64,000 nucleotides of DNA from contig CM041465.1 of assembly GCA_023213395.1 (NCBI GenBank), positions 122,023,741 to 122,087,740 of the forward strand. The letters are read 5' to 3'. The notes beneath the pieces are model-generated. The model was not told the origin of the DNA. It saw only the letters and a program-made list of their open reading frames with translations, and did no database searches. A program made the translations under genes and the position numbers. The stretch is from Cycas panzhihuaensis (taxonomy: Eukaryota; Plantae; Cycadophyta). The first letter of the stretch is position 1. Every line of letters begins with the position of its first letter. Shown here piece by piece: positions 41,263 to 56,850 of the stretch.

Positions 41263-44200
41263 GATAAAGATATTACCTTAAAATATAAACAACTTTGAAA
41301 AAATAAGGTGCTTTGATGAAAGATTAAAAATATACTAAACAAAGTAATGAAATTCACTAAGAAATAGGATAATTATCCCCCTTTAAATTTGTGATATAAA
41401 GAAATGTTCTAATTGGGACTTAACCTCCTCTAAGAAAATGACTAGTATTAGAATGTGACTACAAAGTAAAGCTTTTGTTAAGTTTTTTTAAGGGATCAAC
41501 TCATAAGAAGCCCACAAAATAACATCAACTTTGAGCATAAAAATAGTATATCATATGATTTCAAAAATATGCAAAAGACTATTCACTTTGTAGAAAATTG
41601 AAATACAAGTTCAACTCTTTAAGCAACACTTAATTCTAACATATTTTAGTAAGGTTATGCCTTAAAAAGTGTAAGGATGTTAAATTTAATAAAGAGTCCT
41701 TAGTATATAAACTATATTAAAAATTTTTCATTAACTTTAACTCATTAAATAGATTACCAAATAAACTCAATATAAGTATGTGACCACTCATTTCATTAAG
41801 GTGGAAATGAAGATCACTCTAGAGTTGATAGATTTAAAAATAAGCCTTGCATATAATAGTTATTCTTATTAAACTAGAAATAGGGACTCAAACTAAGGAA
41901 AGCTCCTTAAAAATATAGTTAAACCCTTTTAAAAAATTAAATATCTAGTCACTCAAGTATTGTATGTGACCTACATGCTGACTGGAGGGTGCTATAAAAT
42001 TGAATAACTCAATAAAATATAAAAAATAATTAAATTTCTTAAAATATTCAATGCTTAAGAAAAAAAATAACATTTCCACTAGTTTTGTTCTATAAGCCCT
42101 CAAATTGCTTCAAATGTAAACAAAACTCCTTCTCCTTAAGTAGAATAAATGATAATAAAGACATATAATCCATAAAGAATGCATGTGGTTTACACATTCT
42201 ATAATAAATATATGGCACTGAAACACAAGGAATGTGCATGAGATTAAAGTGGCCTCGAAAGAATGATGAGATAGATATCTTGCAAATAGGTATCATATGA
42301 CCCTAAAGTAATATAAGCTTCAACACTACTTCACTAAGCTATGAATCACCTATAGAGCTCAAAATACGATAATAGGTACAAGAATCGATTTTAACCTTAT
42401 ATGTGGTCTAATTTGGTTGAGTGTTGATCACAAGAGGGCTTGGGTTTATATTGTGCTATAACAATATATAAGACAAACTCTAGAAAGACTTATGTAATAA
42501 TATTGTAATCAAATTAATCGAAGGCAAACTCCCACAATGATGAAGTTTAATAGGTAGAGACGTAAAAAGGCTAATGATGATATAGCTATGATTAATATTT
42601 TTTTGAAAATATAATGTTTGTAAGGATAAATAGAGCAGTCCAAATACCATAGTAGTCTAGCTCTTACTTAAGTCTGAATACTAGAGTAGGACGATAGCAT
42701 AGACAAAGTGAGACTAAGACAACCTAGATTAGGACCAATGAAATATATGTGAATATAGAATATTGAGGCATGGAGATACAACAAATAAATATTAAATTTA
42801 ATATGTAAATACAACATGTTCTTTGCCTATTATAATATCAAGCACAAACAGACAATGTAGATACTTCCCAATGGATAAACGAGCTCTTCACGCAACAAAC
42901 AAAGGATGAATAATCTCTAAGCCACATAGGGGAACATGCATAGTCTTCAAACCCTTCAACATCATGAGTAGGTATACATAGGATAAGTTTCCAATCAAAG
43001 GAGAGACTAGACAAGAATGTTTATGACCAACGTAAATACATACAACATGTAATGTATGTGCAAGAATACACTTACAGTTGATTAGTCCAGATGGGTGTGA
43101 GGAGGAAATATGAGCTTTTAATGGCCATGAAAAACCATTAATATAACTATAGAACTTATGCATAATGCCCCACATGATGCACAAATATGAGATGAATACT
43201 TTATAAATATAGAATAAAGCACAATTTTATGATAATAAATGAATGAAAATATGTAGGTAACACAATATTTAATTATAAAGTATGTAGTACAAAGTTCTTA
43301 ATTCAAAGCAAAACCCAAATATAGATGCTCAAGATTCAAATATAGAAACAAAAATAGAACCTTATAATGTTTGACCCACAAGCATACTTCATCAGAAACC
43401 CAAATATTATCTATAGATGATGGATAGGGACATACTAATCCATAAGTAGAGATTGTGAAAACACTTTTAGAACAACTAGGATATAACAATGGGTAGAAGA
43501 CCAAATGTTAGAAATAAAGATCCAAAACCATATTAAGGTTTAAGAGTAAAATGCAAACATAGAACAAGCAAGAAGAGACAAAACAAATTCCATGATGAGG
43601 GTGGTATTAATGAACACTAGTGTCTTTGGGCCTCATGTATCAATAGGTGGGACCAAAAGGGTTTGGCATACCTATCAAGGTCTATTACCACTTGGTGTTA
43701 AAAAATGGCTAATAAGTGAGTCACCTCTAATATGGGTATTATCCCAACATTTAAACTTACTAATTTATTGAGTTTTCTAGAGTTTGTAACATTAGAGTTT
43801 GAACCCTATAACTTTGAACTTCTATAACTTTTTTGTCTAACATCAATTTTAGGACTTCCATCACTTATTAGAAAGCTAGAATCTCCTTTATAACTTGATA
43901 AATTTATCCTTTACAAAATGTGTAATGGGGAAATAATTATTGTACCCAAAATAAGTCATGAAGGTCTATGCATCTATCATCTACCTTTACATTAATTTTT
44001 CTCCTTATTATTCCCTCATTCATATTATATAGTTCCCTGTATATACTAATGGATTACAATTTTTACATAGAAAAATTCATTAAGCCAGAATATTAAAATG
44101 GTGCAACTCCATACTTGATGAAGCATTATTTAAGTATTCACCTCACATAGGATGAACAAAACTAAGAATGGAAAATATATTTTACATATTTTCTAGAGAT

Positions 44201-47200
44201 ATAATATGACCAAATAAGATTAAGGAAAATGAGTCCTTACAAAATTCTTATGATATTTTATATATGAAGGAAAACCCTATGATATAGAGATGTAATAATT
44301 ATAGAAGATAATGCTTTTTTTCTAGTTAGGATTGTGTGCCCCTAATTGAATTTTTATGATGATAAATGTGGCTAAAAGATGTTCCTAGTATTAGTCTTAG
44401 ATTTTCTTTATCGAAGTCAATTCAAAGATTGCCATGGCCAATATTAATACTTTATCATGTTTTCTTAATAAAACATCTACTACTATGTTCTTTTAGTCTT
44501 TTTTATATATGATATTAAAGTTAAAGTATTGGATTTTATTTATCTAATTCCTTTTCTCCTCTAATACATTACATTGCTATAGTAAGAATTTGAGGCTACT
44601 ATGGTCTATTTTAGCTATGAACTTGTTGCATAATAAATTTTATTGCCATTTCTCCATGTCATATATTATATATAGTATTTCTTAGTTATATGTGAGAAGC
44701 CTACTCTCTCCATCATTTAACAATTTTCTTTTAAATAATATTATATAATTATTTTGGATGAGGATTGCACTCATACTACTACTAAATGCATCACATTCTA
44801 AAACAAATAGTTCATCAAAGTTTGGTGTGCCTAAGACTTGGATTGTTATATCCCTCTTAATTTGGATTAATTTTTTAGCACTGGCTAATCTAGAATGATT
44901 TGGATTCTCACTTTATCTACCCCCCTTACTTACTAAATATATATTTGAAAAGTTTAATATAAAATTAATTTTCCTCTAGAATGTTTAGCATAATGCCTAC
45001 ATTCTTTAGGAATAAACTCAATGATTTTGAGCTAATAAAGATATCATTAAAAATATATTAAGATAATTTTTTAAAGGAATGTTACAAATATTTTATTCAT
45101 TATGGCTTGTGTTGGACTAGGAATTATGCACCTTAAGAGTGAAATAATATACAAAGGTAAAAGAAATCATAGTAACATCAAGTATTAGGGTAATCCCTTA
45201 AGAGTTCTTCCACTTCAAGGGGAAATTTCCCTTTATTACTAAGTGAAAAAGGGAATCAAAATAAGAAAAGGAAAGAAAATAAAGAGTTTGCATAACAGTG
45301 ATATGTAAAATGAACTAATGTGCCAAACACTTACTTAGATGCCACCTATTGAGAAGTCAATTCTATTTATGACATTATTGAGAGTTAGGTAAAAAACTAA
45401 AGGGAAATTTTTAAAAAAGAAATAAAAGAGGTTGGGGTAGAAGCCTTAAAATCCTAGGTATTAGCCAAAGAAATGTACAAATGCCTCAAAATTAAGAATG
45501 TTAGATATATGAGAAAGGAAGGCGAAACTTTGTGAAACTAAGCTACTAAATTTAAATAGCCAGTATTGTACTAATTAAATCTAAGTTAGACCTAATTATC
45601 GATCTCATGAACATTAGCCTAAATGCATTAGTATAACACTAGAGTACATCAATTACAAATTAAGAGATTACTTAAACCTTCATTTAACAAATCCAAAAAC
45701 ACACACTTATTGTTAAATGAATTATGCAATTAGTTAAAACTAAATAGAGCCAATGGAAAATGAATGTCTATTTATATTATAAATAAAATATTTAGCTAAT
45801 AATCCTAGATACTAAATCTCTCAAAAATATAATTCTTATATTGAGAAAACCTAGTTCCTTAACTATACTCCCTCCTTTCTCATAAGAATGCCATTATTCT
45901 TCATTTATTATCATTCAAACGAGGCATAAATGTAGAGATTGAGGTGATGTAATTATAAGAGAGGAATCCAAAGATATGCCTCAAAAGGCAAATGATAAAA
46001 AAATAATAAGTCAAGGAGTTGAATGATTTATAAGTCATAATAAGGCAAGTGTATCCAGTTAATATTAGATGATTAATTAGGCTCAAGAAATGACAACAAT
46101 AATATGGAGAGGATGATTAAATAATAAAGTAGTAAGTGTGAAGATATTATTGAGTTGAAGCATTAGTTGTTGCATAAGATAGTATGACACAAGTAGGTAC
46201 TACATGAGGGAAAATCCTATGGGAAAAAGCATAATAAATGAGTCATTCCTACTTGTCATGATTTAATAGAAAGCTTTTGGTTACGAACATTTCTAAAGAA
46301 AAGAGGTGATCATGTGAGAAGTGTTAATACATGAAATGCATCATGTGGGGAAGTCTGATGTAGAAAAGCAAAGGAAACAAATATAATTTTGACAAGTTAC
46401 TATCCCATGAGGAGGCCTTTTCTGGGAACATTTTTTCAAAATATAAGTGGCAATGTGGGAAAGACTAATGTAAGAAAAATATATGTAGGAAAGTAAAAGT
46501 TACAAACTATTCTCACAAGGTGAGCTCCCACATGGGTGCTTGTTCTTAAATACATGTCTCCAAGCAAAATAGCCTCAAGTGTAGAAAGAGTAAATATAAG
46601 AATCATTCATACGAGAAATAAAAAGTGCGAGAAAGGAGATACATGATGATAGGAATGGAATGAAAATAATACCCAAATACTTATTTCCCACATCCACCAC
46701 ATTTTTTTCAAATCAATAAAGATAAAAATAACTAATATATGAGAGAGTATCGTGTAGGAAGCTTTGATGTGGGAAATAGATAAAGAGTGTGAAATCTTCA
46801 CATAATATTTTCATGTATTATAAATTTCTTTGATATAACTTCCTGAATAAAAATTTATCACTAGGGTAAGAGCATTGTAGGAAGTGATTATGCGGGGTCA
46901 TACTCCTATAATCTAGAAATTTTTAAAGGGAATACTTTTAAAAGAAAATGTACAAGTGGGTATACAAGGGGACATGAATATTGATAAAATCTTAACCCCT
47001 AATTCAAAAAATCACTTTAAATTACAACCCTTGATTTATCTTTTTGTCTCATGCTTAAAGTATAATTACTCGATATGACGTGATAATCCCCTAATCATTT
47101 TGGGGATGCTGATATTTCATTAAAATGATTATGCATTTGGCCTATAAGAAGCAAGCACTTGATCACAAAGACTACGATTGATCAAGTTCATTAGATATCG

Positions 47201-47959
47201 TAATCTTTCTTAATAGGCTATGAATTAATAGCCTTAAGTAAGGAAAGAATATAGAGATGCATAATTTGTGATTTAGTATTATCTTGAAAACATTTAATCT
47301 AGGTTTTATCCTAAAAGATCATGGAGATATTGTGGTAGGCAACTCTATGCAAAGTCTATAGGATATGGTACATCCTTAGTCACTGTACAACCATAGGAGG
47401 CCTAAATTATATGGAAATTTGGGAGATATCAAGGGTAAATAGTCAATTTTAGAAAATTGATCTAACTCAAAATAAGTTAGTATCTAATGAAAATCTAGTC
47501 CCTTATCAAGGATTATAGTGTGGGAGAACACTTGAATTTGATGAAATAAAGTTAGATATAGTCATGCAAGGGACTAACCTTAAAGATAAAAATTTGGTTG
47601 CTATGACAACTGTAAGTGGAAGATGGCTAGAATCATGGAGTTGCATGTTCATCTCTCTTTTACCAATCATTGATTATGTAATGGATTAGTTGAAGTAGTG
47701 TTAGTACACAACTTTAGACCCAACCTCTATGCTAAAATAAAAGATTATTTTTATAATTAGCTAACTTTAATATGGTTCTTAAATGATGTATTCCATGAAG
47801 ATCATTTCAATAGTTATTCAAATGTTCTCCTAATAGTACTATAGTGGTCACAATTACTCTAATGACTATATTCACCCAAATCATAATTATACCACTAACC
47901 ATATGGAAATCCATTATCACACAAATATTTGATCTAGAATAAACTACTTCATCAAGAAG

Positions 47960-50900
47960 TGTTAATGTGGCAGTTAATTATTAATCCACTTAGTTAATGT
48001 TAATGTGGTTTAATTAAGTGAAAGGGTGCAAAGCTAAAAAGTGTGACTTATTCAGAGGGTCACAACCCTAATCATGTGACACCTCTTAGAGAGTATAAAA
48101 TTCTTGAGGCCTTGTATATTCATATCTAAGTATTCATTATGTAATAATCAAGTGATCCTTCAAGGATCCTCTTTGTGGTGGGTTTTTTTCCTAAAAGGGT
48201 TTTCCACATAAATTCCTATATACTGTGCATCTGTTTTCTATTTGTTGCTTGCTATGTATGGTTAAAGATACTACACATGGAAACATTTGCATATGATTTC
48301 ATGTTCCCAAACATGGTATCAGAGCAATAAGGTCCTGCATAGCTGAAGCTTGACAGTGAGTGGGGCAGTGTAATCATTGGTTGCCAGGTGAAGCTGTCTA
48401 ACCTAAGACAAGTTTTGAGGGTTCGTTAACCCCAACATCGTGCAGAAGCAGGCACAACAAATTAATGGTGGTTGAAGCAATGGAAATCACTATTCAACAA
48501 AATATAAAGGTTATTAGAGTCAGTATTCATGCGTGAAGATCGCGTTTATGGTTAGAGTTGGCTCATTAGTGGTCATCCAAAGTCAATTGATAATATGTTG
48601 AAGAGATTCAAGCGAACAAAACACGTACTGATGGTGATTTAGTGACTTTGAGGATAACCATCTTTATACACGAGTAAGTTGGTCATTTTCTCACAAAAAA
48701 TACTATAAAACTAAAAAATGGACAATCTTTTTCTAGTATTTCGTTCATCTTATCTATATAAGGGAGAGATTGGAGCCTTTCTGGGATGTTTTCAACCCTC
48801 TATACCAAGATTAGAGTGAGTGTATAGCATAACATAGTATCAAACTATTGTTTTTTAGTTGTAGTGTCTTTAATTGGGAGTTTGATCCATTTATCTCTGC
48901 TGTATATACCCTATTGAGCTCGCATTCTTATGTCAGGCCATTATTGGGTTGTTTATGAGCAGTTTGAAGACTTGTATACAGTATTAAGGTACTATAAAAG
49001 CTAGTACTAGTCTCTAGCTAGTGGAGACTAGTATTAAGGTACTTGGAGACCATGTACCGTCACCATGTAAAGCCATCCTTTATTCTAGAGCACATATTTA
49101 TAGCCATTGTGAGTGTTGATTATGATATTTAATGGTTATTTAAGGTCATTTGTTGATAGATAAAGAGGCATAAACAGTTAATGGCCCACTTAACATGGGT
49201 ATAATCCATGTTGGGTGCCTTTGGAAGTGTGCTTGTGAGGCAGAGGAGGATACAAGGGTGTATTTTTATCCTTAATATGTTCATCTAGTGTCGTGTAAGT
49301 CATATTATAGCCCATTGTTTGAGATGGAGAAGCTCATGCCTAAGGTTATCTTTAACGAGAATAATTTTAGTAAATGGAAGGCTAATATAGAGCTTATATT
49401 GATGGTGAACCAACTCTGGGGAATCACTAAGGCAAAGCTTATTTCAATTCCACTTAACCATAAGGAGTGTATTAAACTTGAAGAGAAGCAATACATGGTT
49501 GTTGGATTACTGAAACTCTCAGTGGCATCGAACCAGAGGGCTCTAGTTCATAATTTAGATGACCCAATCGAGATTTGGATGAAGTTGTGTGATACTTTTA
49601 AAAAGAAGAAGATGAATAGGCATCTTGCACTAATGTTGGAACTACTCAATTCAAAATTTGAAGATAAGAATAATATCAACTCTTACCTAAATAAAATAAC
49701 AAACTTGAAGAACAAGTTAAAAGAATCAAAGTAGAACTTGATTGATGATGTGCTTTTGTTTACAATAATCATGTCGAAGCTGCTAGCTATATTTGCCACA
49801 TTCTAGACCATTTATGGTAGAGACAAAGTGATGGAGGCAGCAACTTTTGATAGACTCAAAAAAATAATTCTTGTAGAGGATGCCAACCTAAAACATCATA
49901 GATTTCTTGGAGGTTCTGGTTCAAGTTAGGCCTTAGCCATGAAAACTTAGAGGAAGGAAGCCCCTAAGGAGGAGAAGTTCACATAGTGGTCTGGAGAAAG
50001 CTCTCAAGACAAGAAAAAGTTTAATGGAAAGTGTAATTACTATAAAAAGGATGGTCATCGCAAAAAGAACTATTGGTTCAAGCGTTGTGATAAGTGCAAA
50101 GGTAACTAGGATGATAAATAAAAGAATGTTGTTGCTTATTAGTCTAAGCATAGACCTTATCAGCCGAATAAGATTGAAGGGACTATTGCATATTGGATTC
50201 TGGATCGCAAAAGTATATCTCTTACCAGAGGCAGAACTTTGATACATTAAAAGCAAATCAAAGTGGTACTGAGATCGTTCTTCGAGATGCTTACGTGTTG
50301 CCGATAGATGGTATCAGTGAAGTTTCCATTGCAAGAGGCAAGTTTTTAAGGGTATATTATGTACCTAAGATGTAGTTGAACCTTTTGTCTACTCAAGAGA
50401 TCTACAAACAAGAGTATGAAAGTATAGCTCTATAATGATAAGTTCCTGATAAAGGACCCAAAATAAAACTTTGTTGTCATAGCTACCAGAAAAGTCAGGG
50501 ACAACTTCTGGGTATTTGAGAAATTTCAATCTCAGAAAAAGTCCTATGCCTTTATTGCCAGCATGGATGATGAAAGTAAATTGTGGAACAATCACCTTGG
50601 GCACCTTAATTATAGGAGTATTGAACTACTGAAGAGGTTGAAGATGGTGGAAGGACTAACATCAGTTTCTTACTCAGATAGTGGATGCGAAGGGTGTATG
50701 TATGGCAAGCATCATCGCTATCCTTTTGCTTGGGATAGTGCCTGGAGAGCCAAGGAGAAGCTGGAGCTTGCATACCCAGATATTATGGGACCACTCCCAA
50801 ACCCTTCAATATTAGGAGCATGATATACACTTGTGTTTATGGATGATTACACTAGAAAATCCTGGGTTTATTTTCTCAAAAATAAGTCAAAAGTATTTAA

Positions 50901-53750
50901 TTGCTTCTATGATTGGAAAGCAATGGTTGAAAATGAAAGTGATAAGAAAATAAAAACTTTATAAAGTGATAATGGTAAGGAGTATGATAATCATACGTTC
51001 AATCAGTTCTACTGTAACCATGGTATAAAGCGAGAGTTTACAGTCCCGTATACCCCACAACAAAATGGAGTTGCTAAAAGAAAGAACCATACCATGATGG
51101 AGATAGCGAGATGTATGGTGCATGCTAAAGACCTGCCACTGAAGTTTTGGGCATAAGATATGGTGACTACTATTTATATTTTGAACAGGGTACCCACTTA
51201 GGCAGTTCGCATCATGACCCCCAAAGAGAAATGGACCAGTTGGAAGCTTGCCATTAACCATTTAAGAACATTTGGGTGTATTGTATATGCCCACATCCCA
51301 AATGATACTCGAATGAAGTTGGATCAAAAAAGTTTAAAGTGCATATTCATGGGGTATTACATGGAGAACAAAGCCTATAGACTATGGGATCCATAGAGGG
51401 AAAAGATTGTGGTCTGTCAGGATATTAAATTTGATGAGTCATCAATGTATCATGCTAAAAAGGCATCAGAGGAACTTTTTTACCCTTCCCTTCTCCCATA
51501 CCCAGATTCTTCAAGCGAAGAGGACGATGGGCTAGTCATTATAGCACCTGAGGAAGCAAGACCGAGTGGGATGAGTAATATTGAGGAGCTGCCATGAGAA
51601 GAAGTACCTCCAACAATGGGTCCTTCTATACCTTTATGGGTAAGGAAAACTCTTAAAGATTCTAGTGTGGCGATGCAAACCCTAACTGATGACAAACGAA
51701 CCAGAAGTCAACATGCCAGTCGAACTCTATTGGTAGACACCAATGACTCTAGTGATCTTGATTCATTTACTAGAGCAAAAGGACATCCATGATAGAGAGT
51801 TGCAATAGAGGAAGAGTATGGTTCTTTGATGAAGAATGATACATGGGATTTGGTTCCACTCTCTCCATCAAAGAACCTTGTAGGATGCAAGTGGGTCTAT
51901 AAGACAAAGTTTCGCTCTGATGGAGAGGTGGACAAGTATAAGTCCATACTTGTTGCATAAGGATTTAAGCAAAAAGAAGGAATTAATTATAAGGAGGCAT
52001 TTGCACCAGTCTCTAAAATGACAATGGTCTGCTTACTTATTTCCTTAGTAACTGTATTAGATTGGGAGTTATACCAAATGGATGTTAAGTCTGCTTTCCT
52101 TAATGGGGATCTAAAGGAGGAGATATATATGTCGCAGTATCTAGGATTCATTAAGGATGGCCAGGAGCATCTTATTTGCCATCTAGAAAAGTCAATTTAT
52201 GGCCTGAAATAAGCACCCTATGCTTGGTATAAGAAGATGGATGCCAAGTTGAAAACTGGAGGTTTTAAAATTTTAGAACTTAACCCAAACCTATATATGA
52301 AGAGAAGAGGGACTTCCGTAGTTGCTTGCATGGTGTATGTGGATGATCTTATCATCGACGGCAATCGTGAAAAGGTTATAGCTGAAGTCAAATCCAATTT
52401 GGGAGCTTCATTTGACATGACAGATCTTGGTGAACTTCATTATTTCTTGGGCATTCAGATCAGGCAGATGGAAGATATGATCGTATTATTGCAATCATAG
52501 TATATGAAGAACTTACTAGAGAGATCTGGAATGCAGTACTACAAACCTATTATAATACCATATGTAAAAGGTGTAAGATTATAGAAGGACATGGCCCAAC
52601 CTTTTGTAGATGGCACTAAGTATCGCCAGTTGGTACAGAGTCTTATTTATTTGACTCATACCAAGTCAGATATCGCATACGCTATTGGATTGGTTTCCCA
52701 CTATATGTAGAATCCTCAAGAGCCTCATTTGGTGGTAGCAAAGCAGATTCTAAACTATCTAAAGGGGACAATCAATTTTTATCTTGAATGCCACAGATGT
52801 GAGAAGATCAAGTTACATGACTATATGGATGTTGATTGGGGAGGAGATTCTGATGATCGGAAGTCCACTACTAGATATTTTTTTAGTATTGGCAATGGAT
52901 TTGTTTCGTGGCAGTCAAAGAAGCAACAGACAGTGACACTATCTTCTACAGAAGTAGAATATCAAGGACTCAGTGTTGGTGCAAAAGAAGTAGTATGGTT
53001 GAAAGGTCTCTTGGAATTTCTTGGCATTTCCAATAGGTATCTAATTATCTTTGTTGATAATTAGAGTGCCATTCGTCTATTAAAGAATCCAGAGTTTCAT
53101 ACGTGTATGAAGTATATCAAGATTCAGTACCATTACATTTGTGAGTAGATCAAGTCAGGGAAATTATAGGTCAACTATTATCCAAGTGAATTATAACTTG
53201 TGGATGTGTTCACCAAGCCACTCACTGAAGATCAATTCACGAAGATGCATATTGGGCTTGGACTCGCCAATGTTATCCTTAAGGGGGAATGTATTGACAA
53301 GGATAAAGAAGCTATAGGATAGTCCCAGCCTTCATGATAACTTAACTATTGCATGTTGCAGGTTCCCCACATTCACATTAAAGGGGGATGTTAATATGGT
53401 AGTTAATTATTAAGCCACTTAGTTAATGATAATGTGGTTTAATTAAGTGAAAGGGTGAGAAGCCAAAAGGTGCGACTTATTTGAAGGGTCACAACCCTAA
53501 TCGGGTGGCACCTCTTAGAGAGTATAAAAGCCTCGAGGCCTTGTATATTCATATCCAAGTATTCATTATGTAATAATCAAGTGATCCATCAAGGATCCTC
53601 TTTGTGGTGGGTTTTTTCCCAAAAGGGTTTCCCACGTAAATTCATGTGTACTATGCATCTATTTTCTATGTTTTGTATTTATTGTTTATTGTGTATGGTT
53701 AAAGATCCTGTGTATGGAAACATTTGTGTATGATTTCATGTTCCCAAATA
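47960..53750 (+). mobile_element. Element I: full-length Ty1/copia (decayed) inserted in the H 5' LTR
   Basis: LTRs 47960-48313 and 53389-53750; perfect TSD AGAAG (47955-47959 / 53751-53755); empty site visible in the other H LTR (~60433); PBS at 48314-48325; PPT at 53380-53388. Confidence 0.95.
49324..53280 (+). pseudogene. Element I gag-pol with stops/frameshifts (gag, knuckle, PR, pre-integrase, INT, RT, RNase H)
   Basis: FNENNFSKWK; LDSGS; LWNNHLGHLN; YTPQQNGVAKRKN; QMDVKSAFLNG; YVDD; DVDWGGDSDDRKST; SKKQQTVTLSSTEVEY. Confidence 0.93.
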
Positions 53751-55189
53751 AGAAGTAAAAATGGTTCCTTAGTATAACTATTATTAATCAATAGAGCAGA
53801 AGTAAAGGTCTAAGCTATCATCAAAGATATTTTACCTCAACTTGCAGCTAAAGTAGTGGAGACTTATAAGGGAAGATGCTACAATATAAAAAGGCATTTT
53901 TAGTAAACAAAAATATCATCTAGGAAGGGGGACTAAGGATGTAGTCACTTTTTTCTCCTTTTTCTCAAACCTTTTCTTTTTCCATATCCTCTAATTATAT
54001 ATATTTGTATATATATTAGGATGAGATTGATATTTTTTTAATAAGTATTATTACATGTAGTGAGCTAAATGAGTTTAATAAGTACTTAGCAAGCAAAATA
54101 TAATACTAAAAGCTTTTAGTTTTTATTATGTTGGTATCATGACGTATTAATTGACCTTGTTCGGTAGCACTTAAAGCACTTTGGCATTCAGTTATACACA
54201 TGGTATCTTTATAACAAAATGTAGATTATGTTTATAAATGGTTATTTATTTCAATCTCTCAAGCACTTTGTTTGATATTTTGATATAAATCTTCCATTGA
54301 AGAGAATAATTATTTGTATCTTATGATGGCTCCTATTACTTATTAATAAACCTTTTATGTTTTCCTCCTATTTTAAGTTTAAGAGTTGCTTGAATATATG
54401 CTAGGACATTCTGACTATATTTATAATGCTTCAATCTCGAATGAGCAGGAAAGCATATAAGATATGCCCCTAGCCATGTATGATTGGGTCTTTAATAATG
54501 GGATTTTAATTGAGATTAGCAAAATATGATTTGGAGCTATAACCATTATTATTTTATGTAAAGGTCTTTACCTATTGGTTAAGCTCTAATAGATCAAGGC
54601 ATTGACCTAGTATTCTAGTCATAGATACATACTTTGAAAGGGTGCCTTTTCTTTTATTTCCCCTTTATTTTTGCTTAATTTTATTTCTTTTCTTTTCTCT
54701 TTTTGGTCTTATATCTTCTTTTTCCCTTGATTACCTTTCCTTTGTATTTCTAAGAATTGTCCTTTTAGAACTTTGTTTCATTTTTCACTTTGTAAACTCT
54801 GTGTATTATCGTATTATACAAAAGTAACAAATGAACTAGAGATGGAACATATTGTGGCTATTTCACTATCGTTATTTGGCCAAAAAAAGTAGGCCTAATC
54901 TTACTATATCTAATCACCAAGAGAGGCAATAATGGTTAGAAACCAACAATAGATGGCAACCATACTAGAGACTCCTCCATATTATTTTTCTTATTATATT
55001 TTATTTTTTTACCATTATACATATTAGAATTGGTGTCTTACTATATGGAAAATTTAACAAGGAGCCCATACCCATAATCTTCAGGAGCAGTAAGCATTAA
55101 CATCATTATGTTTAACCTTATCAAATAAAAGAACATACAAAGAGGCACATTATTCATAGTGTCATAAGTTATGGTAAATATGATAGATT

Positions 55190-55750
55190 GGAAGGATATA
55201 CTTCCATAGGTTTATAGTGGTACTTTGGACTTCAAAGGCAAGTTACATATTATTCTAGAAGGAGTTTTTAAATATTATCCTAGTTTTGGTGGGGATGAGT
55301 CAATTTCAATAAAATAACACATCATTAAGTTTTCTATGACATGTAAGAAGTTTAGAATTAATAAGTCCAATGTTGCTATCAGACTCCTTGTTTGTTCCTT
55401 AATGGGAGAAGCCATCTTTTGGTTTCATTCCTTACCACACGCTTCCATTTAAAATTAGAATGACTTGATGCATGTTTTTAGAATAAGATACAATAGTTAG
55501 AAAACTATTATTACACTTTTAAAAGAATTGTCTAATATAAATAAGGAAGCTACAAAAAACATCTCTATCTAAGTAGAAAGATTTTATAAGATCCTTAATC
55601 AGATGGAAGTAGAATTTATGCCTAAATAATAGTTCCTCATAAACTATTTCATAGAGGGTTTTGATGTAAATGTAAGGACTTGGAAAATTCTGAAATAACT
55701 GGTGGATCTCCAAAGTATGGAAGCTCTTATTCTTCATTTTAGTAATTATG
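55190..55750 (+). pseudogene. Element H Retrotrans_gag-like remnant
   Basis: YYPSFGGDESISIK*HI..KFRINKSNVAIRLLVCSLMGEAIFWFHSLPHASI*N*NDLMHVF. Confidence 0.72.
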
Positions 55751-56348
55751 AATAACTAGGAGATGTTTTAATCATCTTAAGAAGAATGGGATGATCCTAA
55801 TTGGGATAGTGAATTTGAAGCCATGATGATAGAGAAGGAAGATATAGAATTGGAAACTAAGTACCAAGGTGATATCTAAGGAACAAATTCTATACAATAT
55901 TAACTAACAACCTAAAATAATTCTTATAATTTCCAAAAGTAAGATATCACCAAATTTAAGGACCTTGTTGTTCTATTGTTGATGGCATAAGGTGATAACC
56001 TATTTTCAACCTTTCACATGTTTGATTTTTATTTTGTGGACATTAAATTATAATACGTTGATAGAAAACACGAAGATGAACATTAAGGCATTAAGGATAT
56101 TATAGAGGAAATTTTAAACATATACATAGATACAATCTTACTTCTCTAGACATGATATCACTTATAGAAGAGAGGTGTGGCATTTTAGATCTAGTTTTTG
56201 ACTTATTTGGTAATGAGGAGATAACTAGTCTTATGTTCAATTCTAACTTTCCTTGTGATCTTTTTTTTTTTAATGATCTCATAAATGCTAATAATTTATT
56301 ATGAAGCAATTATAGCCAATGGAACTAGAATAGTTCCAACTAGTAATT

Positions 56349-56850
56349 TGTACTAATATTTAGTAAGAGAGAGAATAAGAGAGACAAAATATATAGCATA
56401 AAGATTTAGTTTGTTACTTAATCACTAATGATTATATAAATGAAACACTTATAAGTACACCAAAAGGGCAACCAAAGCCATACATAGGTAGGATATCATA
56501 ATACTCTCTAAACATAACCCTTCCTTTATAAACATTTGACCTTAAGTAGGAAAAAGTGGCCTCTTCCTATGGAATCTTATTGATGGGGTAATCAACCTTC
56601 AATTCCATTAGTGGACTTGTGCAACCTGTGCACACATTTAATAGTCAATGTTAACCTTCACCCATCTTTATCATGTGTATAGATATCCATATTTTGCTAA
56701 CTATAAGTAGTTACATAATAGGTCCCCTCCCCTAAGATTTTGAGTCCTTAAAGCGTTGAAGATATGGATGATGTTTACCAAATTTAGTTCATTCCACTGT
56801 TACCTCTTCTGGTTCATAGTCAACCTATTACACTAGATAATCAAAGATAC
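56349..56850 (-). mobile_element. Truncated chromovirus 3' end (chromodomain tail + PPT + probable LTR) embedded in H
   Basis: Minus strand FDYLV**VDYEPEEVTVE*TKFGKHHPYLQRFKD, then ttaggggaggggacc (56721-56735), then a TGTA...TACA-bounded segment 56349-56715; no partner LTR seen. Confidence 0.55.

Noticed and set aside
43755-45888. Continuation and end of the F LTR (~44850) and a possible solo LTR from ~45110
   Set aside because: No partner LTR or TSD in the window to verify the boundaries.
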